Source: Felis catus (taxonomy: Eukaryota). From it: a DNA stretch of 64,000 nt. Every line of letters starts with the position of its first letter. The stretch's first letter is position 1. Below the pieces are notes generated by a model that saw only the letters and a program-made list of their open reading frames with translations, was not told where the DNA came from and made no database searches. Below are positions 12,892 through 25,567 of this stretch, piece after piece. The translations under genes were made by a program, and so were the position numbers. The stretch is taken from contig NC_058373.1 in assembly GCF_018350175.1 (NCBI RefSeq), positions 104,534,001 to 104,598,000 of the forward strand. The letters run 5' to 3'.

Positions 12892-13569
12892 GAACGTTTC
12901 CTTTTCTTGATGTTACATCACCACACGCTAAGGAAGGAGATGTGATAAATATGTTTAAGTTATGGAACCACGCAGGTCATACTCCCCATACACTACTCTC
13001 AAAGGCTCTGGAGACCATTGGGCAAATAGCAGAAATGAAAGACAAAAGAATGTAGAAATACTGCACCTCATGGGCAGTCTCTGGCTATAGGCTTCTAATA
13101 TTCAGTCATAGATAGTAGGTAGGTGGTAAGAAGTGAAGAGACAAGAAACTAAAAATTCTGACCTTAACTGGTATAATAGAAATTTAATTTACAAAAAAAG
13201 CCTGCAGTCTTATGATTATTACACGGAAACACATGCAAATATATGAATATATGAAATGAGATCCCCCCGAGGAAGCTTCCTGCCAGGACGACCATAGTAA
13301 AAAGGAGGCTCAATCTTCCAAACTAATTGATGGAGGTGCTAAAAGTCACCTCTAAAAGGAATTATCACCATTAGACTCTACTGTTTTACATATTCAAAAT
13401 TACCGTTTTAATAGAATTTTATATGAACATTATTACAAATATTTCCTGAGGAGACTAAGGCATGAAATCAGCTAGTCTGGTGTTTTAGAGTCAAATGGGA
13501 CTAAAGCAAGAGCCAGCCTTTCTGTCTTGAGAAAGGCTACGGCAGAGAAAGGCTGGAGGGAACACACAT

Positions 13570-14295
13570 TACTCTTGCCTGCCCCAAACCACTTCTTCAC
13601 GATAAGCGCCTAGGATTTCCCTATGAGGAACCACCCCCATTCCACTCTAGATCTATTGTTTAGGTGAACCTGGACCCCTCCTCCGGATGCCCCTGAATCA
13701 GGGATGGACACATGACCCTGTGCTGCTCAATCAGCCTATTCCACATAACTTGACCACAAAAGACTCAAAGCAGTGAGGGCCAGCTCCAGGACTCTTACCA
13801 GAATCGTACGGAAGGGTGTTTTTTCATTGTTGAGATAACGTGTATTGGTAAAATGAAATCCTAGAGTTATTGGGATCATCATTGCCTCAAAAGAAAATGG
13901 AGAGAGACAGGGTCATCATGGTTTTGGCACTCGTATCAGGCCTCACCAGAACTCGATACATCCCCTGGACTTTTCAGTTTCACAAGACAGTAAATTCTGG
14001 TGTTTTGTTTCTTTCTTTTTAAAATTTATGTATTTATTTTGAGAGAGGAGAGAGCATGAGTGGGGGAGGGGCAGAGAGCGAGAATTAGAGAATCCCAAGC
14101 AGGCTCTGTACTGGTAGAGCCCAATGTGGGGCTAGATCTCGCGAACCGTGAGATCATGACCTGAGCAGAAACCGAGTCTGTTGCTTAACTGAATGAGCTG
14201 CCCAGGCACCCCTTGTTTTATTATGTTTTGTTTTGTTTTGTTTTCTGAACCCAGTTTGAGTTAAGGATCTGCCACTTGTAAATTAAGGAGTCATG
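13570..14295 (+). mobile_element. Old MaLR solo LTR (MLT1J/K-like), interrupted by a SINE
   Basis: ggatggacacatgacc..., cccctggacttttcagtttcacaagacagtaaatt, ccagtttgagtt...ctgccacttgtaa. Confidence 0.6.
14010..14212 (-). mobile_element. Can-SINE
   Basis: Antisense SINE ending cccaggcacccc. Confidence 0.93.
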
Positions 14296-14876
14296 CCCAT
14301 TTTAATCACCCTAAACAAAGGAAGTTATTAACAGTTGACCTAATCACCCACTGCCAGCACTTAGAAAACAATTTGAAAAACAACTTCTTGAGCTACATTG
14401 AAGATTAGGTCAATTACACAGCATTTGACCTGACAAGAAATAATGAGAGATGCCCCCAAATTGCCATATTGCCTATTTCTTGCCCCAAATGTATCCTGCC
14501 TCATTAGTGAAGAAACTATCCCACTTCTTTTTCTCTTGTGAAACCATTTTTCACCCTCTTTTATCTATGTGTATAAATTAAAAAGACAGAAGATTCATCA
14601 AGAAATCTCCATCTCCCCATGCCATGTCAGTACTGTATTTTCTGTTTGAGATTAGCTTGGATCTATAAAATTTCATACTGGTTCATGATTATGCTTATTG
14701 TGCACCAAAACATAAGTCAAATAAAGGACATATTTATATGTTTCATTAGTGTCAGACAAAACTTTGGAACATGATCTCATATTGAAGATCTCATAAGTCC
14801 ATATTAAAATAATTCCAGGAACATTACTGCCTTCTTGATGAGAGGCCTGGTAATTTATTAAGAAATGTGGGTCAAG

Positions 14877-17800
14877 ACAAATCAGCCCTCAACAAATACA
14901 AAAAGATTGAGATCATACCGTGCATATTTTCAGATCACAACACTATGAAACTTGAAATCAACCACAAGAAAAAATTTGGAAAGATATCAAATACTTGGAG
15001 ACCAAAGGACATCCTATTAAAGAATGAATGGGCTGACCAAGAAGTTAAAGAGGAAATTAAAAAGTACATGGAAGTCAATGAAAATGATAACACCACAGCC
15101 CAAAACCTCTGGGACACAGCAAAGGTAGTCATAAGAGGGAAGTATATAGCAATCCAGGCCTTCCTAAGGAAGGAAGAAAGGTCTCAGATACACAACCTAA
15201 CCTTACACCTTAAAGAGCTGGAAAAAGAACAGCAAATTAAACCTAAAAACCAGCAGAAGACAGGAAATAATAAAGACTAGAGCAGAAATCAATGCTATCG
15301 AAACCAAAAAAAAAAAAAAAAATCAGAACAGATCAATGAAACCAAAAGCTGGTTCTTTTTTTTTTTTTTTAATTTTTTTTTTCAACGTTTATTTATTTTT
15401 TGGGACAGAGAGAGACAGAGCATGAACGGGGGAGAGGCAGAGAGAGAGGGAGACACAGAATCGGAAACAGGCTCCAGGCTCTGAGCCATCAGCCCAGAGC
15501 CTGATGCGAGGCTCAAACTCACGGACCGCGAGATCGTGACCTGGCTGAAGCCGGACGCTTAACCGACTGCGCCACCCAGGCGCCCCAGAAGCTGGTTCTT
15601 TGAAAGAATTAACAAAATTGATAAACCACTAGCCAGTTTGATCAAAAAGAAAAAGGAAAGGACCCAAATAAATAAAATCAAAAATGAAAGAGGAGAGATG
15701 ACAACCAATACAGCAGAAATAAAAACAATAATAAGAGAATATTATGAGCCATTATACGCCAATAAAATGGGCAATTTGGAAGAAATGGACAAATTTCTAG
15801 AAACATATACACTACCAAAAATGAAACAGGAAGACATAGAAAATTTGCACAGACCCATAAACAGTAAGGAAATCAAATTATTAATCAAAAATCTGCCAAA
15901 AAACAAGAGTCCAGGGCCAGATGGCTTTCCAGAGGAATTCTACCAAACATTTAAGGAAGAGTTAACACCTATTATCTTGAAGCTGTTCCAAAAAATAGAA
16001 ATGGAAGGAAAACTTTCAAACTCTTTCTATGAAGCCAGCATTACCTTGATTCCAAAAGCAAAGACTCCACTAAAAAGGAGAAATACAGACCAATTTCCCT
16101 GATAAACATGGATGCAAAAATCCTCAACAAGATATAAGCCAACCAGATCCAATAATACATTAAAAAAAATTATTCACCACAAGCAAGTGCGATTTATACC
16201 TGGGATGCAGGGCTGGTTCAATATCTGAAAAACAATTAACGTGATACATCACATCAATAAAAGAAAGGACAAGAACCATATGATCCTCTCAATAGATCAG
16301 AGAAAGCATTTAACAAAATACAGCATCCTTTCTTGATAAAAACCCTCAAGAAAGTAGGGATAGAAGGAGCATATCTCAAGATCATAAAAGCCATATATGA
16401 AGATCCAATGCTAATATCATCCTCAATGGGGAAAAACTGAGAGCTTTCCCCCTAAGGTCAGGAACAGGACAGGGATGTCCACTCTCGCCACTGTTATTCA
16501 ACATAGTTTTGGAAGTCTCAGCCTCAGCAATCAGACAACACAAAGAAAAGGAAGAGGTCAAACTTTCACTCTTCGCAGATGACATGATACTCTATATGGA
16601 AAACCCAGAAGATCCCACCAAAAAACTGCTAGAACTGATTCATGAATTCAGCAAAGTGGCAGGATATAAAATCAATGCACAGAAATTGGTTGCATTCCTA
16701 CACACCAACAATGAAGTGACAGAAAGAGAAATCAAGGAATCAATCACACTTACAACTGCACCAAAAACCATGAAATACCTAGGAATAAACCTAACCAAAG
16801 AGGTGAAAAACCTGTACACTGAAAACTATAGAAAGCTTATGAAAGAGATTGAAGAAGACACACAAAAAAAGGGAAAAATATTCCATGCTCCTGGATAGGA
16901 AGAACAAATATTGTTAAAATGCTGATACTACCAAAAACAATCTACATATTCAATGTAATCCCTACCAAAATAACTCCAGCATTCTTCACAGAGCTAGAAC
17001 AAACAATCCTAAAATTTGCATGGAACCAGAAAAGACCCCACATTGCCAAAGGAATCTTGAAAAAGAAAACCAAAGCAGGAGGCATCACAATCCCAGACTT
17101 CAAGCTATACTACAAAGCTGTAATCATCAGGACAGCATGGTACTGGCACAAAAACAGACACTCAGGTCAATGGAACAGAATAGAGAACCCAGGAATGGAC
17201 TCACAAACATATGGCCAGCTAATCTTTGACAAAGCAGGAACGAATATCCAATGGAAGACAGACAGTCTCTTCAGCACGTGGTGCTGGGAAAACTGGACAG
17301 TGGCATGCAGAAGAATGGACTTGGACCACTTTCTTACACCATACACAAAAATAAACTCAAAATGGATGAAAGACCTCAATGTAAGACAGGAAGCCATCAA
17401 AATCCTTGAGGAGAAGGGCAGGCAAAACCTCTTTGACCTTGGCCACAGCAACTTCTTACTCAACACGTCTCTGGAGGGAAGGGAAACAAAAGCAAAAATG
17501 AACTACTGGGACCTCATCAAAATAAAAAGCTTCTGAACAGCGAAGGAAACAATCAGCAAAACTGAAAGGCAACTGACAGAATGGGAGAAGATATTTGCAA
17601 ACAACATAACAGATAAAGGGTTAGTATCCAAAATCTATAAAGAACTTATCAAACTCAACACCCAAGAAACAAATAATCCAGTGAAGAAATGGGCAAAAGA
17701 CATGAATAGACACTTCTCCAAAGAAGACATCCAGATGGCCAACCAACACATGAAAAAATGCTCAACATCACTCATCATCAGGGAAATACAAATCAAGACC

Positions 17801-18278
17801 ACAATGAGATACCACCTTACACCTGTCAGAATGGCTAACTCAGGAAACAACAGATGTTGGCGAGGATGCGGAGAAAGAGATCTCTTTTGCACTGCTGGTG
17901 GGAATGCAAACTGGAGCAGCCACTCTGGAAAACAGTATGGATGTTCCTCAAAAAACTAAAATAGAACTACCCCATGATCCAGCAATAAATATTAGGTATT
18001 TATCCAAAGGATACAGTTGTGTTGTTTTGAAGGGGCACGTGCACCCCAATGTTTATAGCAGCACTATCAACGATAGCCAAAGTATGGAAAGAGCCCAAAT
18101 GTCCATCGATGGATGAATGGATAAAGACGATGTGGTATACATATACAATGGAGTATTACTCGGCAATCAAAAGCAATGAAATCTTGCCATTTGCAGCTAC
18201 ATGGATGGAACTAGAGGGTATTATTCTAAGCAAAATTAGTAGAGAAAGACAAATATCATATGGCTTCACTCACATGAG
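14877..18278 (+). pseudogene. Disrupted L1 ORF2 (C-terminal EN, RT, cysteine-rich domain)
   Basis: ORF track shows IFSDHN (EN), [18 protein letters not shown] (RT active site), CWRGCGE; broken by frameshifts, stops and a SINE. Confidence 0.95.
15359..15586 (-). mobile_element. Young SINEC_Fc-type Can-SINE inserted in L1 ORF2
   Basis: TSD a(a/g)aagctggttcttt at 15344-15358 and 15587-15601. Confidence 0.98.
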
Positions 18279-18945
18279 GAATTTAAGATACAAAACAGAT
18301 GAAATGGAAGGAAATGGAAGCAAAAATAATATAAAAACAGGGAGGGGGACAAAACATAAGAGCCTCTTAAATATGGAGAACAAACACAGGGTTACTGGAG
18401 GGGTTGTGGGAGGGGGGATGCGCTAAATGGGTAAGAGGCATTAAGGAATCTACTCCTGAAATCATTGTTGCACTATATGTTAACTAACTTGGATGTAAAT
18501 TAAAAAAAAATAAATTTAATTAAAAAAAAAGAAATGCGGGTCAAGGTACTGATTTCAATTTATTGCATAAATGACAATGGTCTAAATCTACTAGACTGCT
18601 AGGTATACTCATCATGAATCTACAAGTACACATGACTATTACTATTTCTACCAGCAAACCTCCTGCCTTAGAAAACATGGCCTCCCAGATGTCCTGGAGT
18701 AATGCAGGGAAAACAGGATAATCTATCCAGAAGACCCTTAAGAAACCCTGTTTAGCTCATGGTATCCATCAACATCATGAATATGTGAGATATCATCTTA
18801 AGTCCAGCTTGAAAAAGCAAACCTTTCCTCAAAGCTGCCAAAGACCAGCCCTTTCTTCTATATTAAAATTCTTCTGTCTTCTCAATTCACTACAACCCCT
18901 TCCTTATAAAACTATAACAATGCACATCTCATAATAAATCATTGA

Positions 18946-19012
18946 GGGGTGCCTGGGTGGCTCAGTCAGTTAAGTGTTGGATGCTTAACCGACTGAGTCA
19001 CCCAGGTGCCCC
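18946..19012. repeat. 67-nt inverted repeat formed from two Can-SINE 5' heads
   Basis: ggggtgcctgggtggctcagtcagttaagtgt-tgg-atgcttaaccgactgagtcacccaggtgcccc. Confidence 0.95.
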
Positions 19013-19548
19013 AGATATTTTGGATAACATATTTCCCATGTTTGTTCACATATATTATCTCTATCAAAATATTACCTAGAAAAGATAAATATTTTTGTGT
19101 TTGATCTGTAAAAAGAACCACTTGAGACTCAAAAGGAATCAGGTGAAGGTTTACAAATGATATTAATGTAAAAGTAGAACTCACATAGACCTGACTGGAG
19201 CCAGACAGGTGATATACTGTGGAATTTATGAAGAGAAAATAAAAGTTTATATGAGCCATGAATTAATTGGTTAATGGGTCTGACTGTGCACACAAATATA
19301 ATGGCTTTTAGTCTTTTTAAAAATTCATTTTTCTTGCTTGAAGGCATTATTACAAAAGTGAAAATCAATACAGTGTTATAAAGAAACAGATGTCCTGTGA
19401 ACAAAAACTAGGCTTAGAAAGGAAGCAGAGGTAATTAGCTATACAATCTAAGCCTTTTTCTGTTCAATATCAGAAGCTCCTGTTGCGTATTATTTACTCA
19501 GAGAAAAGATGATCATGGACATGCTAAATTTAAAAATAAAGATTTTTT

Positions 19549-19632
19549 TTTAAGTTTATTTATTTGTCTCTCCAGAGAGAGAGGGAGAGGGAGAGGGAGA
19601 GAGGGAGAGAGGGAGAGAGGGAGAGAGGGAGA

Positions 19633-19682
<50 letters not shown>

Positions 19683-19808
19683 CCCAAGCAGGCTCTGTGC
19701 TGTTGGTATTGAGCACGATGTGGGGCTCAAACTCACGAACCATGAGATCACGACCTGAGCCAAAATGAAGTGTCAGACATTTAACTCACTGAGCTACCCA
19801 GGTGCCCC
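19549..19808 (-). mobile_element. Can-SINE with expanded GA/GGGAGA tract
   Basis: Poly-T tail, GA repeat, head ending ccaggtgcccc. Confidence 0.95.
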
Positions 19809-19830
19809 TAAAAAACCATCTCTAGTTTTA

Positions 19831-20016
19831 GGGGTGCCTGGGTGGCTCAGTCAGTTGAACATGTGACTTTGGCTCAGGTCATGATCTCACAGTTCGTGGG
19901 TTCAAGCCCCACAGAGGTCTCACTGCTGTCAGAGAAAAGCCCACGTTGCATCCTCCCTCACCCTCTCTCTCTGCCACTCCCCCACTTGCACCATCTTTCG
20001 AATAAATAAACATTAA
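19831..20016 (+). mobile_element. Can-SINE, head-to-head with the previous SINE
   Basis: ggggtgcctgggtggctcagtcagttgaa...aataaataaacattaaaa. Confidence 0.95.
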
Positions 20017-20429
20017 AAAAATAGAGACGGTTTTTAAAATAAGGTGGTGATAAACAATACCATCTCTCAGTTTCAGTGAACATTTTACAAGTGTCATCAG
20101 AAATGACCCTGGAATAAGGTGCCAGGGACCTGAACCACCAGGTAAGCCTAATCTCTCTGGGCTTCAGTGTCCTCATCTTTTGAATAAGTGTGTTGGACTG
20201 GATGGCCACAGACAGCAAAAATCAGCAATAAAGCAAAAAATACTCTCCAAAAGAACTAATAGGAGGAAATGTAGACACATTTTCTTGCTGAAGGTTTGTA
20301 ACTAGTCAGTTGTAGTTGTGACCTATTTCAAGAAAATTCCATACTTAAGCCTTCAAACTCACAAAATGAATGAACTAGGAATTACGAGAAAATGATTCAT
20401 CCCAGTGTTCTTTTAAATGTCAACATTCA

Positions 20430-20659
20430 GGGGCGCCTGGGTGGCGCAGTGGTTAAGCGTCCGACTTCAGCCAGGTCACAATCTCGCGGTCTGTGAGTTC
20501 GAGCCCCGCATCGGGCTCTGGGCTGATGGCTCAGAGCCTGGAGCCTGTTTCCGATTCTGTGTCTCCCTCTCTCTCTGCCCCTCCCCCGTTCATGCTCTGT
20601 CTCTCTCTGTCCCAAAAATAAATAAACGTTGAAAAAAAAAATTAAAAAAAATAAATAAA
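20430..20659 (+). mobile_element. Young SINEC_Fc-type Can-SINE
   Basis: TSD taaatgtcaacattc at 20414-20428 and 20660-20674. Confidence 0.98.
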
Positions 20660-21465
20660 TAAATGTCAACATTCGGTGGTACAAATAAAAAAATATTTGA
20701 TTTATAAAAAAGAAAAGATCACCTACAAAATTTTAATACTGTAGCTATCACATAGAACAAGACACTACATATTAATATGTCACAATTTATGAACTCTTGA
20801 TTTTTTTATGGAGGACACGGACATCTTTATGAAGATAAGCAGTTTTCATCTGTCTAGATTAACTGAGGAATACTGCAGTCTTAAAAGTGGTGGGTTTAAG
20901 TAATGTCTAGGCTTATGATCCTGTTTTACTAAAAGTCATTGGAAATTATTATAGATTGTTTTATTTGAACACGACAGTGAGGATTACATAATTAATTCTA
21001 ATCTATAAACACAAATAATCATTGTGTTAACACAAACACAGTCTCTATTGCTGGACTGTCTGCCTATTTGGGATGCTTGATGTTAGAGCGTCATTAGACT
21101 TTAATTGCCTTACTTCATTTTATTAGTTTATCCCATACTTGCCCACTGATAAGTGAAATAGCAATGAGGTCACTTTCTAAGGTGAAATCAAGAGGTGATC
21201 TAACCTTATTTGGATGAACTCCTAACTAACCTTGGTTTCAACCACCATTTCTTTCCACGCTCAACCCTTATTTCTTTCCATGCTCAACCCCCACTACTGT
21301 TGATAAAAGTTTCTGCACTGGCCCCTGGGTGCTAAGGAAAAAGACACTCCTTTGAGGATGATTTCATATAAACAACCAATTAACTTGTGCTTAGCTGATA
21401 ATTTCATTTTTCCAGAAGATTACAGTAGTTTGGAATATTAAAGCTCATCCTAGTAATAACGATTA

Positions 21466-23780
21466 CCATGTTTCATAAGATGCAGATGTCTCAGGTCTAA
21501 CACCTCTGAAATCAGATTTGTCATAGAGCTAATGACATCGTACGATCACTGGTAGCCATTGGCAGCTGTGGTGTCATTGACATTGTCTTTGAATGTGTAA
21601 ACTTTATTGTAATTCCTAGTGGCGTGAGGGAACAACACCAACCTCTTCATGTTTCAATCAATAAACCATTTAAGGACTATCTGAGGAGGAAAAGGAATCC
21701 TGGCTGAAAGAAAATCTTCCACTGGCACCTTCTGGAAAAAAAAATGCCAACAGCATATCTTATGTGGTGTTAGCATCTTGGAAGAAAATTTTGGAGACAA
21801 TAATGGAGGGAAAAATGATATATCCCCATCACTCTTGATGGTACAGCATAGAAAATATAGACTTCAAAAACAGAATTGATGAGTGATTTGAACAATTCAG
21901 GCATTTAACTTTTCATATGTTTGAGAGATCGATGCTAATGTTTTATGTCTAAATTAGCCCAAGAGAGCTCTTCAACAAATATAAAATAAGAATTCAAAAC
22001 AATAAGAAAATAATGCTCACAGATTGGAAGAACAAACATTGTTAAAATGTCTATACTACCCAAAGCAACTTACACATTTAATGCAATCTATATCAAAATA
22101 CCACCAGCATTTTTCACAGAGCTAGAACAAACAATCCTAAAATTTGTATGGACTACAAAGGATCCCAAAATGCCAAAGAAATCTTGAAAAAGGAAAACAA
22201 AACTGGAAGCATCATGATTCTGGATTTTAAACTATATTACAAAGCTGTAGTCATCAAGGCAGTATGGTACTGGTACAAAAACAGACACTTAGATCAATGG
22301 GAACAGAATAGAAAACCCAGAAATGGACCCACAACTATACAGTCAACTCATCTTTGATAAAGCAGAAAAGAATATCTGATGAAAAAAAGTCTCTTCAACA
22401 AATGGTGTTGGGAAAACTGGACAGCGACATGCAGAAGAATGAAACTGGACCACTTTCTTACACCATACACAAAAATAAATTCAAAATGGATGAAAGACCT
22501 AAATGTGAGACAGGAAACCATCAAAATCCTAAAGGAGAATACAGGCAGCAACCTCTTTGACCTTGGCCAGAGCAACTTCTCACTAGACACATCGCTGAAG
22601 GCAAGGGAAACAAAAGCAAAAATGAACTAGATAAAAAGCTTCTGCACAGCGAAGGAAATAATCAACAAAACTAAACGGCAGCCTATGAGATGGGAGAAGA
22701 TATTTGCAAATGACATATCTGATAAAAGATAAAGAGTTAGTATCCAAAATATATAAAGAACTTATTAGACTCAACACCCAAAAACAATCCCACAAAAAAC
22801 CCAGTTAAGAAATGAGCAGAAAACACAAACAGACACTTTTCCAAAGAAGACATCCAGATGGCTCACAGACACATGAAAAGATGCTCAACATCACTCCTCA
22901 TCAGGGAAATACAAATCAAAACCACAATAAGATATGATCTCAGACCTGTCAGAATGGCTAAAATTAACAAGAAACAGCAGGTGTTGGTGAGGATGTAGAG
23001 AAAGGGGAACCCTCTTGCACTGTTGATGGGCATGCAAACTGGTGCAGCCACTCTGGAAAACAGTATGGAGGCTCCTCAAAAAACTGAAAATAGAACTACT
23101 CTATGATTCAGCAATTGAACTATTAGGTATTTGCCCAAAGGATACAAAAATATTGATTTGAAGGGGTATATGCACCTCAATGCTTATAGCAGCAATATCA
23201 ACAATAGCCAAAGTATGGAGACAGCACAAATGTCCATGGACTGATGAATGGATAAAGAAGATGTAGTACATATACACAGTGGAATATTACTCAGCTATCA
23301 AAAAGAAGGAAATCTTGCCATTTGCAATGACATGGATGGAGCTGGACTATATTATGCTAAGTGAAATAAGTCAACCACAGAAAGACAAATACCATAATAT
23401 TTCACTCGTGGAACTTAAGAAACAAAATAGATGAACATATAGGAAACAAGCCACAAGAGACTCTTAACAATAGACAACAAGCTGAGGGTTGACAGAGGCA
23501 GGTGGGTGGGAGATGGGCTAGATGGATGATGGGTACTAAGGAGAGCACTTGTTATGAAGAGCATGGGTATTGTATGTAAGTGATGAATCACTGAATTCTA
23601 CTCTAAAGCCAATTGCACTGTATGTTAACTACCTAAAGTTTAAATTCAAAAAGGGGAAAAGAAGAAGCAAAGAATAAAGAAATGGAAATGATTAAAAGAA
23701 GAAAATAATGTGTCATTATCTTCTAAGACCTATACCAAATATTGGAGCACCTTAAAAACCTTAGACTCCGTGAAATACAG
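21466..23780 (+). mobile_element. pogo/Tigger (Tc1-mariner) DNA transposon relic, Tigger13a-like, split by an L1
   Basis: From 21603 translates FIVIPSGVREQHQPLHVSINKPFKDYLR, then ESWLKENLPLAPSGK after a frameshift (pogo DDE QPLD region); TIR remnants ta|ccatgtttca and cttagactccgtgaaatacag. Confidence 0.8.
22016..23698 (+). mobile_element. 5'-truncated carnivore LINE-1 (about 1.7 kb)
   Basis: ORF2 C-terminal fragments ([24 protein letters not shown]) and 3' UTR; TSD aagaaaataatg at 22004-22015 and 23699-23710. Confidence 0.97.
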
Positions 23781-24081
23781 TGGGTTTCAGCATGGATGCC
23801 ACGTGCACCAAATGAGCGGTGGTTGCACAAAGAACAAATGTGAGGGGGACTTTGAGACCACAGCCGGGCTCAGTAGAAAGGAGGGTGACCAGAGTCATCT
23901 ACGATGAAAGCTGGAGGGACCAGTGGGGCCCCTGCCATTTTCCTTCCAGTTCAGCCTCTCCCTGGAACAATAATCCTCCTCCCTTTCTTAATTTTTCAAC
24001 TTAAAAGTATAAATGTGGGTGGCTCATGCACCTTTCTTTGATACGTGGGGGTTAACATGAGCTTTCAGAAAGTACACACAA

Positions 24082-24290
24082 GGGCGCCTGAATAGGTCAG
24101 TCGGTTAAGTGTCCGACTCTTGGTTTCAGCTCAGGTCACGTTCTCATGGGTTCATAGGTTCAAGCCCCGCATCCAGCTCTGCACTGGCAGCACGGAGCCT
24201 GCTTGGGATTCTCTCTCTCTCCCTCTGCCTCTGCCCCTTCCCCACTCGCTCTGTCCCTTATCTCTCTCAAAACAAATAAATAAACTTAAG
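24082..24290 (+). mobile_element. Can-SINE
   Basis: TSD gaaagt(a/g)cacacaa. Confidence 0.95.
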
Positions 24291-24399
24291 GAAAGTGCAC
24301 ACAAAGCATTTTTTCCCTGAAAAATAAAATTTAGCTTTATTCAAGCTCTTCAGCAGTGCCCTGTGTGATCTGACCTCTGCATCTCGTTTCCCTCATGCC

Positions 24400-24515
24400 T
24401 GCTGTCAGATAAAATACAGATAGGATATACTTATACTAAAAATAATATATTGCCTAGCTGAAGTTCAAACTTAACTGGATGTCCAGTAATTTTATTTGCT
24501 GAGCTTGGCAGCCTT
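24400..24515. mobile_element. MER53-like hAT MITE (internally deleted)
   Basis: gtcagataaaatacag...atacttatactaaaa...ctgaagttcaaacttaactggatgtcc...ggcagcct. Confidence 0.7.
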
Positions 24516-24810
24516 TCCCATCACTCACTGCCCTGGTCTCTCTACCCTCATTACCCTGCCTGTCTCTTCCCTGAATCCCCCGAGCTCCTGCCTCCCCTGT
24601 TTCCACATGTGCTGCCCCCTCGTGGTCTGCCCAACTCCTCCTCATCCTTCTGCTCCCAGCTGGGGTCACTCCTCAGAGAGGACTTGCTGATTCCTTAATC
24701 AAAATCAGTTCCCGTGTTGAAACTTCTTGTCACACCTTTTCCTTTCCTTCATAGCATGTATCACAATCAGTAAGCACTCACTTTATTTCTGTACTAATAC
24801 GATTAGCATC

Positions 24811-25256
24811 TGTACTAGTCTTCTCTTGCTACAATAACCAATTACCAAAACTTAGTGGCTTAGGACAACACAGATTTATTATTGTGCACTTCCGACGGTT
24901 AAAAGTCTAAAATTGGCTGGCAGGGCTGCATTCCTTCTGGAGGCTCTAGGGCAGAATCATTTCCTTGTCTTTTCTAGCTTCTAGAAGCTGCTTGCATTCT
25001 TTGGCTCGTGGCCCCATTTCGCTCTTGCTTCCGTCCTCACATTTCCTTCTCTGCCTTTGACCCTCTTGCCTCCCTCCTGTAAGGAACATTATGGTTAAAT
25101 TGAGCCCACCCAGATCATCTAGGATACTCTTTCTGCTTCAAGATATATAATTTATACACTTCTGCAAACTCCATTTTGCCATGTGGGGTAACATAGTCAC
25201 AGATTTGGGGATTAGAATATGGCCATCTTTGAGGGATCATTATTCTGCCTCCCACA
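24811..25256 (-). mobile_element. MaLR solo LTR (MLT1C/D-like)
   Basis: TG...CA ends, 5-bp TSD gcatc (24806-24810, 25257-25261); cttagtggctt..., ttccttctggaggctctaggg. Confidence 0.9.
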
Positions 25257-25468
25257 GCATCTCACAGACTGTGGAAATGGGCCATGTCCGTTTTTTCCCA
25301 CTGTATCTCTGGGGGCTGGCATATAATGGGCATTAGATAAATGTTAGTGAAATAAATGAATATATCTTTTATGTTTCCATACTTTGAAGCAAACAGCAAA
25401 ATCCCTTACACAGTTCGCCAAGTAGAACTGACTAACCTGAATACTTAATTCAGGGATATACTATTGCT

Positions 25469-25513
25469 TTTTTTTAATTTTTATTTTAAATTTTATTTAT
25501 TTTGAGAGCAAGG

Positions 25514-25567
<54 letters not shown>

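Larger units (their letters stand above)
14877..18528 (+). mobile_element. 5'-truncated feline LINE-1 (about 3.4 kb plus nested SINE)
   Basis: ORF2 fragments, 3' UTR and A-tail; 17-bp TSD aagaaatg(t/c)gggtcaag at 14860-14876 and 18529-18545. Confidence 0.98.

Noticed and set aside
14867..18426. Long ORFs suggesting an active reverse transcriptase system
   Set aside because: They are fragments of a 5'-truncated, frameshifted L1 ORF2 with no ORF1 or promoter
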